Assembly (NCBI GenBank): GCA_002390675.1
Contig: DGPZ01000106.1
Span: 48,737 to 112,736 of the forward strand
Direction: 5' to 3'
DNA from: Deltaproteobacteria bacterium UBA4427
GTDB taxonomy: Bacteria > Myxococcota_A > UBA9160 > UBA4427
Length of the DNA stretch: 64,000 nucleotides
In this document: piece by piece, positions 55,066-64,000 of the stretch
Layout: every line of letters starts with the position of its first letter
How positions within the stretch are numbered: the stretch's first letter is position 1
The notes under the pieces: generated by a model
The model's database searches: none
What the model saw: only the letters and a program-made list of their open reading frames with translations
Told to the model about the DNA's origin: nothing
Made by a program: the position numbers and the translations under genes

Positions 55066-56607
55066 GTGAGCGAATTCAAGGACCGCGAAGACCCTGGCGG
55101 CGGCAACCGGAAATTCGGAGGCTCCCGCGAGGAGCGTGGCGATGTTTCGTCGCAAGATCTCAGCGGACGGGTCCCCCCCCACGATATCGAGGCGGAGAAG
55201 GCTGTTCTTTCTGCGATCCTGCTCGACAATGATGCGATTCACACGGTCGTGACCGAAGTTCGGGAAGAGGACTTCTACCACCCCGCGCATCAGATGCTTT
55301 ATGGCTCGATGGTCAAGCTGCGAGACGAGAACCAGCCCGTCGACCTGACGACGCTCGCTTCGTATCTCAAAGGCGCGGCTCTTCTCGAGAGCGTCGGTGG
55401 CAACGTCATGCTCGCTGAGATCGCAGACTACGAAGCTACGCCTGCGAATATCATTCACTACGCCAAGATCGTGCGCGACCGCGCCGTGAAACGAAGCCTG
55501 ATCTCGACGGCGAGCGAGATCGTCGCGCTCGGCTACGAACACGGCGAACCGGCAGACTCGCTTCTTGATGAAGCGGAGAGTCGCATCTTCGGCCTCTCGA
55601 CCGAAAAGGCGAGTACGAGCCTTTCGAGCATCTCCGTAGAAATGCACGACGCGGTCAATCATATCGACATGTTGATGACCCGTGGCGGGGAGATCACGGG
55701 CATCTCGAGTGGCTACGAAAATCTGGATGATATGACCGGTGGCTTGCAGCCCGGGGATCTCTTCATCTTGGCCGCACGGCCCTCTATGGGGAAAACTGCC
55801 TTTGCCCTAAACCTCGGTCGGAATGCGGCGGTCGACTTCGGCAAGAACGTTGCGGTCTTCTCTCTCGAAATGACGACGCGCTCACTTGTTATGCGTATGT
55901 TGTCTTCCGAAGCACAGGTCGACGCCGGATCGTTCCGTAGTGGTCTGATCTCGACCGAAGCGCATACGCGTCTGATGGATGCTGCCGGGAAGCTCGCGGA
56001 CGCAAATATTTGGATTGACGATACCGGCGCGGCTTCGATCCTTGAGATCCGTGCGAAGTGTCGCCGACTGCATTCAATGCACGGGCTTGACCTGGTGATC
56101 GTCGACTATCTCCAGCTCGCTCGCGGCGATCGCAATACGTCGAGTCGTGAACAGGAAATTTCCGAGATCTCGCGCGGCTTGAAGGGCCTGGCGAAGGAAC
56201 TCGATATTCCGGTGATTGCTCTGTCGCAGTTGAACCGCGGTCCGGAAACGCGAAAGGACGATAAGCGCCCGATGCTTGCCGACTTGCGCGAGTCCGGCGC
56301 AATCGAGCAGGACGCCGACGTGATCGCCTTTATCTACCGCGACATCGTTTACAACAAAGACACAGAATTCGAGAACTTGGCAGAGCTGATCATCGCCAAG
56401 CAGCGTAATGGCCCGACGGGAACCGTGAAGCTCGAGTTCGAAGGGCGCTTCGCGCAGTTTCGCGATTGGCCTCTCACCGACAACCCCTATGACGGCGCGC
56501 CTGGCGGCGACTTTGCACCGCCGCCGGACGATGCCGGATACGGCGGCCCCGACGTATTCGGCGGGGGAGACGGCTTTGGGCCGGATACGGATCCGGGCGG
56601 ATTCTAG
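55066..56607 (+). CDS. dnaB: replicative DNA helicase DnaB
   Basis: PPHDIEAEKAVLSAILLDN, Walker A ARPSMGKTAFALN, VIVDYLQL, ALSQLNR, and RESGAIEQDADV. GTG start with AGGAGGGG upstream. No intein-sized insertion is present. It ends in a Gly/Asp/Pro-rich tail. Confidence 0.95.
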   Translation: MSEFKDREDPGGGNRKFGGSREERGDVSSQDLSGRVPPHDIEAEKAVLSAILLDNDAIHTVVTEVREEDFYHPAHQMLYGSMVKLRDENQPVDLTTLASYLKGAALLESVGGNVMLAEIADYEATPANIIHYAKIVRDRAVKRSLISTASEIVALGYEHGEPADSLLDEAESRIFGLSTEKASTSLSSISVEMHDAVNHIDMLMTRGGEITGISSGYENLDDMTGGLQPGDLFILAARPSMGKTAFALNLGRNAAVDFGKNVAVFSLEMTTRSLVMRMLSSEAQVDAGSFRSGLISTEAHTRLMDAAGKLADANIWIDDTGAASILEIRAKCRRLHSMHGLDLVIVDYLQLARGDRNTSSREQEISEISRGLKGLAKELDIPVIALSQLNRGPETRKDDKRPMLADLRESGAIEQDADVIAFIYRDIVYNKDTEFENLAELIIAKQRNGPTGTVKLEFEGRFAQFRDWPLTDNPYDGAPGGDFAPPPDDAGYGGPDVFGGGDGFGPDTDPGGF

Positions 56608-57525
56608 ATGCCTAGCTTACGAAGACCGCGCGCCATCCGTCCAGGAGCGCGTATCGCGTTGGCCGCTCCAGCGGGCCCTCTCGACCCAAAAGCCCTCGAC
56701 TCGGGTCGGACTGCGCTTACGCGGCTTGGTTTTGAAGTTGTTATGCGCGAGGACATCCTTGACCGGGATGGCTACCTCGCGGGGTCGGACGCGCGTCGCG
56801 CGGACGAACTGATGCAGTTCATTAGGGATCCCGAAGTTGACGCGATCGTGTGCGCTCGTGGCGGCTATGGTTGCCATAGATTGATCGATCGACTCGACGC
56901 GACGGCCTTTCGAGAGGCGTCGAAGCCGCTTGTTGGATACAGCGATATTACGACGCTCTTGTTGTGGCAGCGTAAGCAAGCGGGCTTGCTTGGGATCCAT
57001 GGGCCCATGTGCGAGAAGCCGGGAACCCTCGACGGCGAGGCAGGGTCGGCACTCGTGCGCGCTTTGCAGGGAACGGGGCCGCACCCACGCTTTACGGGTA
57101 AGACTATCGTGAATGGCTGGGGAGAGGGTCGGCTTGTTGGCGGATCGCTTTCGGTCTGTGTCGCCAGTCTTGGAACTCCGTGGGAACTCGATACCCGTGA
57201 TGCGATCGTTGTGCTCGAAGATGTGACAGAGCTCCCGTACCGGATTGATCGGATGCTTCAGCAACTGCGCGCAGCAGGGAAATTCGATCGTGCCGTTGGG
57301 GTTGCACTTGGACATTTCACAGACTGCGATGACGCGCGGTATCCCGAATGGACATTGGATCGACTCGTAGAAGATGTTTTCGGGGGTTTGGGAATCCCTG
57401 TCGTGGCGGAGCTGCCCTTTGGGCATGGCGCCGAAAATCGACCCTGGCCCTTCGCTGGGCGCGCTGCGCTCGACGGTGCCCGGGGTGAACTTGAGATATT
57501 GGAATCGGCGGTCACTACGCGATAG
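56608..57525 (+). CDS. ldcA: LD-carboxypeptidase (peptidase S66, muramoyl-tetrapeptide carboxypeptidase)
   Basis: IALAAPAGPLD, LAGSDARRADELMQFIRDPEVDAIVCARGGYG, the nucleophile motif VGYSDITTLL, and a C-terminal FGHG. The ATG directly abuts the dnaB stop (TAGATG). Confidence 0.85.
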   Translation: MPSLRRPRAIRPGARIALAAPAGPLDPKALDSGRTALTRLGFEVVMREDILDRDGYLAGSDARRADELMQFIRDPEVDAIVCARGGYGCHRLIDRLDATAFREASKPLVGYSDITTLLLWQRKQAGLLGIHGPMCEKPGTLDGEAGSALVRALQGTGPHPRFTGKTIVNGWGEGRLVGGSLSVCVASLGTPWELDTRDAIVVLEDVTELPYRIDRMLQQLRAAGKFDRAVGVALGHFTDCDDARYPEWTLDRLVEDVFGGLGIPVVAELPFGHGAENRPWPFAGRAALDGARGELEILESAVTTR

Positions 57526-57553
57526 CGTGCCGGCCACCGGGGGGACCAAACGG

Positions 57554-58711
57554 ATGAAGCGGAGTTTGATCGAGCGAAAGCTCGGCCGTGTCGAGACTGC
57601 ACTCGACAAGGCGATTGAGAAACAAGAGATTCCGGGAGCCGTTGTGCTCGCGCGGATGCCTCGTGAAGACGAGCTGCTTGAGTATAGCTGGGTGCGTGGC
57701 CTAGCATCGGCGCGTCCTGAGCGACTGCCTATGCGGCGGGACACGGTTTTTGATCTCGCTTCCCTAACGAAGCCGATGGCGACGACCACGGCGATCATGA
57801 TGCTCTTGGACGAGGGCTCTATTTCTTTGGATGACCCGGTGGCGAAGACGCTGCCGACCTTTGCTGAGCGTGGCAAAGAAGAAGTCACGATCAGGCATCT
57901 GCTCAGCCACTCGGCTGGACTCAAGCCCTGGCGTGAGTTTCATGAGCTGCTGATTCAAAAAGAACGCAAGTCCGGCGAGCGACTGCTCGGTACGAAAGAG
58001 GGACGCGACTGGATCGTAGACCGAATTTTGCGCGGTGCGTTAGTTCATCAACCTGGCGAAGCTGCGGTTTACGGAGATCTGGACTTCATTGTCTTGGCAG
58101 CGATTGTCGAAGAGGTTTCGAACCAACCCTTTGATGAGTTCTGCGAGTCGCGCATTTTTACGCGGCTCGGGCTGGTCGACACGCGTTTTATTCCGATCCC
58201 CGTAGACGGCTCTCAACCGGCTCCAGATTCCGTTCGAACCCGAATCGCCGCGACGGAGAACTGCAGCTGGCGGGAGCGTATCATCTGGGGCGAGGTGCAT
58301 GATCCGAATGCTTCTGCCATGGGGGGCGTGGCGGGTCACGCTGGCTTGTTCTCCACCGCGGATGACGTGATGCGCTTCGGGCAGCTCTTTCTTGACGCCT
58401 ATCACGACCGCAACCCATCGCTCCCGCCTGAGCGTGTGCGTGAGTTCTGCGAGAAGCAACTTCTACCCGAATCCTCGGATTGGGCGCTTGGCTGGGACAC
58501 GCCGACCAAGGGCGCGTCTTCTTCCGGCGTGCATTTCTCGGAAAAGTCCGTGGGCCATCTCGGATTTACGGGGACAAGCCTTTGGATCGATCTCGAGCGC
58601 GAACTCGTAGTTGTGATGCTTACGAACCGGATCCATCAAGTTGCGAAGCGCAGCCGTTTCGATCTGCGTCCCAAGATCCACGATGCCATCGTCGAGGCAT
58701 TTACCGCTTAG
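57554..58711 (+). CDS. serine hydrolase, beta-lactamase/transpeptidase-like (class C / AmpH-like family)
   Basis: IPGAVVLA..., the SxxK motif FDLASLTKPMATT, HLLSHSAGL, and GHLGFTGTSLWID. I prefer ATG 57554 to the track start 57374, which overlaps ldcA. Confidence 0.8.
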   Translation: MKRSLIERKLGRVETALDKAIEKQEIPGAVVLARMPREDELLEYSWVRGLASARPERLPMRRDTVFDLASLTKPMATTTAIMMLLDEGSISLDDPVAKTLPTFAERGKEEVTIRHLLSHSAGLKPWREFHELLIQKERKSGERLLGTKEGRDWIVDRILRGALVHQPGEAAVYGDLDFIVLAAIVEEVSNQPFDEFCESRIFTRLGLVDTRFIPIPVDGSQPAPDSVRTRIAATENCSWRERIIWGEVHDPNASAMGGVAGHAGLFSTADDVMRFGQLFLDAYHDRNPSLPPERVREFCEKQLLPESSDWALGWDTPTKGASSSGVHFSEKSVGHLGFTGTSLWIDLERELVVVMLTNRIHQVAKRSRFDLRPKIHDAIVEAFTA

Positions 58712-58721
58712 TGAGTGATCA

Positions 58722-60260
58722 ATGAGTGATGAAAGAGTTGGAGACGATCTGGATCATCAGCAACCCTTCGATGCAGGAGCACTGCGTCGGGTGCACTTCG
58801 TTGCGGTTGGCGGAACAGGAATGGGGTCTCTGGCAGGGCTAGTGAACGCCCGCGGCATTCTCGTCACAGGTTCGGACAAAAAGCTCTATCCGCCGATGTC
58901 GACGGCCCTTGCGGACTGGGGGATTAACGTGGTCGAGGGATTCGATCCCGCGCACTTGGAGCCCGTGACAGACCAAGCAGGCGTGGCGCTGTCCCCCGAT
59001 CTCATCGTGATAGGCAACGCGGTACGGGCGGACAATCCCGAGGCCGTTGCTGCAATCGCATCCGGCGTGCCCTATCGGTCGTTCTCTGACGCGCTCTACG
59101 AGTTGGCAATCTCGGATAGACATTCGATCACGGTCAGCGGTACGCACGGCAAGACGACCACAACCAATCTTGCTGCCCACTTACTGCTCGCGACCGGGCG
59201 GGACCCTTCGCTTCTTGTAGGTGGGATCTCCCTCGACTTTGACGGTTCGTTCCGCGAAGGCGCAGGCCCGGCATTTGTAGTCGAAGGCGACGAATACGAC
59301 ACAGCCTTCTTCGATAAGACCCCCAAATTCCTTCACTACCACCCGGATACGCTGATCCTAACCTCGGTCGAGTTCGATCACGCTGACATTTATCGGGATC
59401 TCGATCATGTGAAGTCGGCATTTAGGGAGCTGGTGGCCGGGATGGCGCCGACCGCGCGTATTGTCGCTGCCGTCACTCATGACGGCGTTCGTGATGTGTT
59501 AGGCGGTGCGGTTTGCGAAGTGATCGGCTACGGCGCTTCCCGAGGAGCTGCCGAGCCTCGGCCGAAGGCAGCGGATTGGTGGGGGAGCGAACTCACGCCC
59601 GGAGATCAGGGGTTGACCTTTCGGCTCGAGGATCGACGAGGCGGCCGGTCTTGGGATGTGACGAGCCCGCTCTTTGGGGTCCACAATATTGAGAATATTG
59701 TGGGGGTCTTTGCGGCATTGGATGGACTCGACGTTCCTGTCGAAGAACTGGTCGCCGCGCTCGTCGCTCATCAAGGCGTGAAGCGCCGGCAAGAGGTCCG
59801 GGGTGTCGCGGCAGGTGTGACCGTAATCGACGATTTTGCGCATCATCCGACGGCCGTCAAAGGCACGATAGAAGCGATTGCGCAGCGTCACCCGGGCGGG
59901 CGAGTCGTCGCACTCCTCGAGCCCCGAACTAATACGAGTCGTCGGGCTATTTTTCAGGACGACTATGTGCGCGCGCTTTCGGAGGCAGACCGAGTTGCTA
60001 TCGCCGAGGTAGGGGACGATCCGATCTACAGCATCACGGGCGAGGTGACGGAATGCCTATCGGCCTCGGTAGTCGCTGAAAGGCTGCGTGCGCAGGGCCA
60101 GGACGCGGCCGCATTTGCTGAGATCGATGAGATCGTAGACTGGGTTGTCGCGGGCCGACGAGAAGGCGATGTCGTGCTTGTGATGAGCAACGGCGCCTTC
60201 GGTGGGATCTGGGGAAAACTGCTCGCGGCACTCAAGCTTGCGGCAGAGCAAGGGACTTAG
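58722..60260 (+). CDS. mpl: UDP-N-acetylmuramate:L-alanyl-gamma-D-glutamyl-meso-diaminopimelate ligase
   Basis: VHFVAVGGTGMGSLAGLVNARGILVTGSDKKLYPPMS (the Mpl-type N-terminus), the Mur-ligase P-loop VSGTHGKTTT, VVEGDEYD, and DDFAHHPTA. Confidence 0.88.
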   Translation: MSDERVGDDLDHQQPFDAGALRRVHFVAVGGTGMGSLAGLVNARGILVTGSDKKLYPPMSTALADWGINVVEGFDPAHLEPVTDQAGVALSPDLIVIGNAVRADNPEAVAAIASGVPYRSFSDALYELAISDRHSITVSGTHGKTTTTNLAAHLLLATGRDPSLLVGGISLDFDGSFREGAGPAFVVEGDEYDTAFFDKTPKFLHYHPDTLILTSVEFDHADIYRDLDHVKSAFRELVAGMAPTARIVAAVTHDGVRDVLGGAVCEVIGYGASRGAAEPRPKAADWWGSELTPGDQGLTFRLEDRRGGRSWDVTSPLFGVHNIENIVGVFAALDGLDVPVEELVAALVAHQGVKRRQEVRGVAAGVTVIDDFAHHPTAVKGTIEAIAQRHPGGRVVALLEPRTNTSRRAIFQDDYVRALSEADRVAIAEVGDDPIYSITGEVTECLSASVVAERLRAQGQDAAAFAEIDEIVDWVVAGRREGDVVLVMSNGAFGGIWGKLLAALKLAAEQGT

Positions 60261-60403
60261 CCGCGACGCCGATATCGCCGTTTGGGTGGAGAGCGTTCTT
60301 GGCCATTAGGCGGGGCGGCCTCAAAGGTTTATTCGTCAGCGTGTTTGAGCCAAAGCACCTACTTCTCATTCTCTTTAAGTGCCGGGGCTTCGGCGTTCGG
60401 GTG

Positions 60404-60823
60404 CTAGCCCGGGAGCGCGTTGTCGCGCCAGAATTCCTCGACGCGACCGGGGTCGACGGGGACCGAGGTGACGGACTGGATGCGTCGGTCGATGATTCGT
60501 GCGACAAGGAGATGACGAGCCTGCATCGTCTTGTCACCGCGCGCCGCGGTTGCGTTGCATAGAGCGGCGGCGCGGTTGTTACTGACCAGGATATCTTCGA
60601 CTTCGATATGGAAGCCGAGGGAGCCGAACTCCGCGGCGTCACCAAGATGTGCGAGATACTCGAATATGTTATCCGCGCCTTTGATCTCACCTTCGTACGG
60701 GCTATTGCCTTTCACGTACCAGATGATGTCGTCGGACCAGAGCGCACGAAGTGTCTCGCGGTCGCCGGCGGTCATGGCCTGAAGGAAATGGTGGATGAGG
60801 AGCGAGTTTGGGTGCTCGGTCAT
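60404..60823 (-). CDS. SnoaL-like / NTF2-fold protein
   Basis: 139 aa reading IHHFLQAMTAGDRETLRALWSDDIIWYVKGNSPYEGEIKGADNIFEYL. This is the typical SnoaL/ketosteroid-isomerase-like N-terminal pattern. Confidence 0.7.
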   Translation of the reverse strand: MTEHPNSLLIHHFLQAMTAGDRETLRALWSDDIIWYVKGNSPYEGEIKGADNIFEYLAHLGDAAEFGSLGFHIEVEDILVSNNRAAALCNATAARGDKTMQARHLLVARIIDRRIQSVTSVPVDPGRVEEFWRDNALPG

Positions 60824-60985
60824 CTTCCGTCCTTTCTACTCATTCATTTCGTTTACTAGAGGCACGCATAAAGTCGCTAGTAAAAATCTGATTGATCGTT
60901 AGATCTGGCTTGTACTCGGCCTTATCATACCGAGATGAGACCTCTTTCGTTAAACAAATTTGCCTGATTCACGAGGTTCTTCGGG

Positions 60986-61414
60986 GTGTCCCAATTAACA
61001 CATAGGCGAAACGGTTTAGTAGGTGTAGGGAATACACTTGAGATGCTTTTCGAATACGACGTTCTAGGAAGAATTATCGGATGGCATAATCCTTCAAGTG
61101 AAGGGGTATTGCCCCGTTTCGTGTTAGGCCGTGCACACCTGGGTGTAGTTTGGCGCTTCCGTTCAAATATTGCCCCGAATCTCGTACGAGATGTCTCGCG
61201 TCTAGCTAGCAGAGAGAAGGGGTTTCCCTCCGGCTATCGAATGGGCGGTTCTGGACCAGGTTCCGGATTAGTCGAGACGCGCGCTACCCCGCCGGACCGC
61301 CTCGCAATGATCGAACGGATCCTATCCCCCGAAATCAGGAAGGGGTCTGAGGCTCGCCACGAATGGGTAGAGGCCGCTGGCGTTCGTATTGGGGAAATCT
61401 GGACAGTCGCTTAG
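60986..61414 (+). CDS. hypothetical protein
   Basis: 142-aa ORF with a GTG start (alternative ATG 61043). The 5' part is visibly less GC-rich than neighbouring genes. No motif recognised. Confidence 0.45.
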   Translation: MSQLTHRRNGLVGVGNTLEMLFEYDVLGRIIGWHNPSSEGVLPRFVLGRAHLGVVWRFRSNIAPNLVRDVSRLASREKGFPSGYRMGGSGPGSGLVETRATPPDRLAMIERILSPEIRKGSEARHEWVEAAGVRIGEIWTVA

Positions 61415-61443
61415 CAGCAAAGTCGCTGGCTCAACGATCGGTG

Positions 61444-63108
61444 TTATTCGACCGGCTGGCCAGCTTGCGTCCATCCGAATGCTTCGACCATCGCGTGATA
61501 GATATAGTTCTGCTCGCGGGTGCCATGGAAGAGTGCGGCGCGCGGACCGCCCGCATAGATGGGAACATCCTCGCCGGCGTGGGTCTCGGTGCCCATAGGG
61601 ACTGTGGATTCCTGGAGATATGAAGGATCCGTTGTGTCGGTCTCAGAGAGATCAGGCCGTCCGTCCGTGACGCCTTCGTAGCTGCAGTCGCCACCAAGCT
61701 GTTTGCAAGGCGAGTGCGGAAAGGTGTGAGGGCCAGTGGGTTGATCATCAGATCCACCCGTATAGCCAGGGCCATTTGCATAGGAGAGGGTTGTGTAGGG
61801 GCGCTTTAGCGCATCGCGTCCCTCCACGTCCCCTGTTCCGCGGAACCAATCGATGCCGATCACCTTGCCGAGGATCGGGTTCCCACGTTTGGGATAGCCG
61901 GAGATGGTGAGGGTATGACTGTGGTCGGCTGTGACGACGATCAACGTTTCTGTCGGGTCCGTCTTCTCGAGCGCTAGGCGGACGGCATCCGATAGGGCGA
62001 TGGTGTCGGTAAGTGCGCGCTGAGCGTTGCCGGCGTGATGGCCATGGTCGATTCGGCCGGCTTCAACCATCAGGAAGAAGCCTTCGTCTCGCTTCGAAAG
62101 AAGCTCGATCGCGACATCCGTCATTTCGGCTAGGGAGGGCTCTCCGGCTTCATCTGCCGCACGATCGGTTTCCCAATTCATATCGCCGGGCTCGAAGAGG
62201 CCGAGTAGGTGATCGGTTTTCGCAATATCGAGTTGTTTGAGCTGTGAACGATTCCAGACATAGGCGGAGCCTTCTCGTGCATCGAGCCATTCTTTTGTGA
62301 GGTCGCGCCCATCGACGCGACGGCCGACGGCATTGGGCTCTTCCGGGTCGGTTTCGTCGCGGGGAGTGAAGTGCTTGCGACCTCCACCCAAGGCGACCTC
62401 AAGGCCGTCGCTCTGGCCATTCGGACCTTTGAACTCAACGAGTTGGCGTGCGATGTCCGGGAAGCTTGCCTCGCGCGCAGCACTCGACATCCGCGAATCG
62501 TCTTCCCAGAACCGGAACGGCACATGGGAATAACAACCGGCGGGCGTCGCATGAGTCACGGTTGCGGTCGAGACGACTCCGGTTGCTAGTCCACGCGCTT
62601 CGGCCTCTTCGAGAATCGTCAGAACATGAGCGCCTTCGACGCTGCTGTGGTCGCCGCGGCGAACTGTCTCGTCGACGCCCAGAACACCGGTCACTGTCTT
62701 TACGCCAGAGACCATGGCGGTCATCGTTGAGGCCGAGTCCGAGACCTGTGCATCGACATTATAAGTCTTGGAGAAGGCGACATGAGGCAGGGTTTCGAAG
62801 GAGAGCTGATTCTCCTCACCGGTCTCGCCCCGGCTCTGCCCTTCGAGAATGCGAGCCGCCGTAACGGTCGCGATCCCCATTCCGTCTCCGACGAACAGAA
62901 TCACGTTCTTCGCAGGACGGTTCTTCGCGATATAGCGAGCGGAGGAGGCGATCTGCGCGCGGCCCGCTTGGAACCACACGTTCTCTTCACGTGGATCCGC
63001 ACCGGGGGCCTTCCCGGAACCCGAAGAGAGTGGATTGGTGCATCCTGCCAGGACCACGCCGAGGGTGAGGATGGAGGTGATGAGAGAGAGCATCGTAGAT
63101 TTGAACAT
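61444..63108 (-). CDS. alkaline phosphatase (PhoA family), lipoprotein
   Basis: Lipobox LAGC in MFKSTMLSLITSILTLGVVLAGC. Metal and nucleophile motifs ILFVGDGMG and VSDSASTMTAM, then DHGHH and ADHSH. I prefer ATG 63108 (GGAG upstream) to the track start 63297. Confidence 0.88.
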   Translation of the reverse strand: MFKSTMLSLITSILTLGVVLAGCTNPLSSGSGKAPGADPREENVWFQAGRAQIASSARYIAKNRPAKNVILFVGDGMGIATVTAARILEGQSRGETGEENQLSFETLPHVAFSKTYNVDAQVSDSASTMTAMVSGVKTVTGVLGVDETVRRGDHSSVEGAHVLTILEEAEARGLATGVVSTATVTHATPAGCYSHVPFRFWEDDSRMSSAAREASFPDIARQLVEFKGPNGQSDGLEVALGGGRKHFTPRDETDPEEPNAVGRRVDGRDLTKEWLDAREGSAYVWNRSQLKQLDIAKTDHLLGLFEPGDMNWETDRAADEAGEPSLAEMTDVAIELLSKRDEGFFLMVEAGRIDHGHHAGNAQRALTDTIALSDAVRLALEKTDPTETLIVVTADHSHTLTISGYPKRGNPILGKVIGIDWFRGTGDVEGRDALKRPYTTLSYANGPGYTGGSDDQPTGPHTFPHSPCKQLGGDCSYEGVTDGRPDLSETDTTDPSYLQESTVPMGTETHAGEDVPIYAGGPRAALFHGTREQNYIYHAMVEAFGWTQAGQPVE

Positions 63109-63124
63109 GGGATTGGATCTCCGT

Positions 63125-64000
63125 TCAGACGTCGAGCCCGACCGAGCGCATGAGCTCGAGTGCGTTGCTCTTCTCGACGACGCCTTGGCGGAGCGCGTAA
63201 TCGAACTCCATGACGCCATCTTGTAAATGATCTTCGAAATGCACGTTGGCCATTTGGCCTTTGCTCGCGGGAACCATCTGCGTGAGCGCGAGGTCATGGG
63301 TTGTTACGATGCCGAGTGCACCTTGAGCGATGAGTCCCTTGAGGACGGCTTCTGCTCCGATGAGTCGATCATGGGAGTTCGTCCCGTGCAGTATTTCGTC
63401 TAGCAGGAAGAGCGCCTTTGGATCGCCACGTGAAATTTCGACCACTTGGCGCAGGCGAGTGACCTCTGCCATGAAGTGGGATTGACCGTCCTGGAGCGAG
63501 TCCACGATGCGGATCGAAGCGGTTAGGCGAAGCGGTGAAACCCTAAGGCGCGTCGCACGCACTGGCGCACCGGCGAGGGCGAGGATCGTGTTGCAGCCGA
63601 CGGTGCGCAGCATTGTGCTCTTGCCTGACATGTTTGAGCCACTCATGACGAGTGCTTGTGGCAGGGAGCCAAGGCTGAGGTCGTTTCGCTTGCACCGATC
63701 GCTGGGCAGGAGAGGGTGACCTAAGGCTTCTCCTTCGAAGGCCGAACCCTCGTCGAGAATTTCCGGGAACGGATCTTGCGGATGCTCGTACGCATAGCCT
63801 GCGAAGGCCGAGAGCGCCTCGATTTCACCTGCAGCATCGATCCATATTGCAAGCCGTGGCCCACACCGCGCGCGCCAGCACTCAAGCGAGATCGCCGCGT
63901 GCGTGCCCCAAAGAAGTAGCGCCGCGATCGGTGCAAAGAATTGGTTATTCCGGGAGTCGCGTCGGTCGACGAGTTTCTGCAGGGCATCCAGCTCGCCGGA
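63125..64000 (-). CDS. MutS-family ATPase (domain V), partial; N-terminus outside the window
   Basis: Reading upstream of the track's ORF in the same frame gives an open frame to the window edge: ...FFAPIAALLLWGTHAAISLECW...GHPLLPSDRCKRNDLSLGSLPQALVMSGSNMSGKSTMLR (Walker A), then FLLDEILHGTNSHDR and TTHDL. No stop occurs before position 64000. Confidence 0.8.
   Translation of the reverse strand, partial: SGELDALQKLVDRRDSRNNQFFAPIAALLLWGTHAAISLECWRARCGPRLAIWIDAAGEIEALSAFAGYAYEHPQDPFPEILDEGSAFEGEALGHPLLPSDRCKRNDLSLGSLPQALVMSGSNMSGKSTMLRTVGCNTILALAGAPVRATRLRVSPLRLTASIRIVDSLQDGQSHFMAEVTRLRQVVEISRGDPKALFLLDEILHGTNSHDRLIGAEAVLKGLIAQGALGIVTTHDLALTQMVPASKGQMANVHFEDHLQDGVMEFDYALRQGVVEKSNALELMRSVGLDV

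Noticed and set aside
56617-57924. 435-aa minus-strand ORF
   Set aside because: It is antisense to ldcA and the serine hydrolase, a shadow ORF.

Overview
GC-rich bacterial chromosomal segment, about 90% coding and mostly housekeeping genes. The lineage cannot be fixed from the window. lolA, bamD, lgt, mltG and an SLT transglycosylase indicate a diderm (Gram-negative type) envelope. The gene orders ispE-tRNA(Gln)-prs-rplY-pth and rpsF-rpsR-rplI-dnaB resemble Deltaproteobacteria/Myxococcota-type genomes; this is inference from memory, not a search result.

The most notable content is a complete, compact Pup-proteasome cassette at 17.4-24.5 kb: mpa/arc, dop, pup, prcB, prcA, pafA. It is preceded by a 1.44 kb ORF-poor spacer that contains an AT-rich island, a near-consensus sigma-54 -24/-12 element and a perfect 13-bp palindrome.

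Other content:
- Replication, repair and division: ftsK, ssb, recA, cinA, radC, ruvX, dnaB, mreB, and a partial MutS-family ATPase.
- Translation: alaS, pth, one tRNA-Gln, and rpsF/rpsR/rplI with unusual low-complexity extensions.
- MEP pathway: ispG (long form) and ispE.
- Cofactor and nucleotide genes: a MocR-type regulator with pdxS-pdxT, moaC, prs.
- Envelope and lipid genes: pgpA, a CDP-alcohol phosphatidyltransferase, a patatin-like lipase, and a peptidoglycan-recycling trio (ldcA, a serine hydrolase, mpl).
- Regulation and motility: an ECF sigma/anti-sigma pair, pilT, and a PilZ protein.
- Accessory enzymes: ETF-QO, a luciferase-like (F420-type) oxidoreductase, an arylamine N-acetyltransferase, a SnoaL-like protein, and an alkaline phosphatase lipoprotein.

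Three intergenic gaps carry recognisable relics of decayed genes: a histidine kinase, a TAXI-TRAP receptor, and possibly a crotonase.

I saw no CRISPR array, IS element, integrase, prophage, toxin-antitoxin pair, rRNA, or recognisable defence system. All calls rest on reading the translated ORFs and the DNA by eye. No database search was run.
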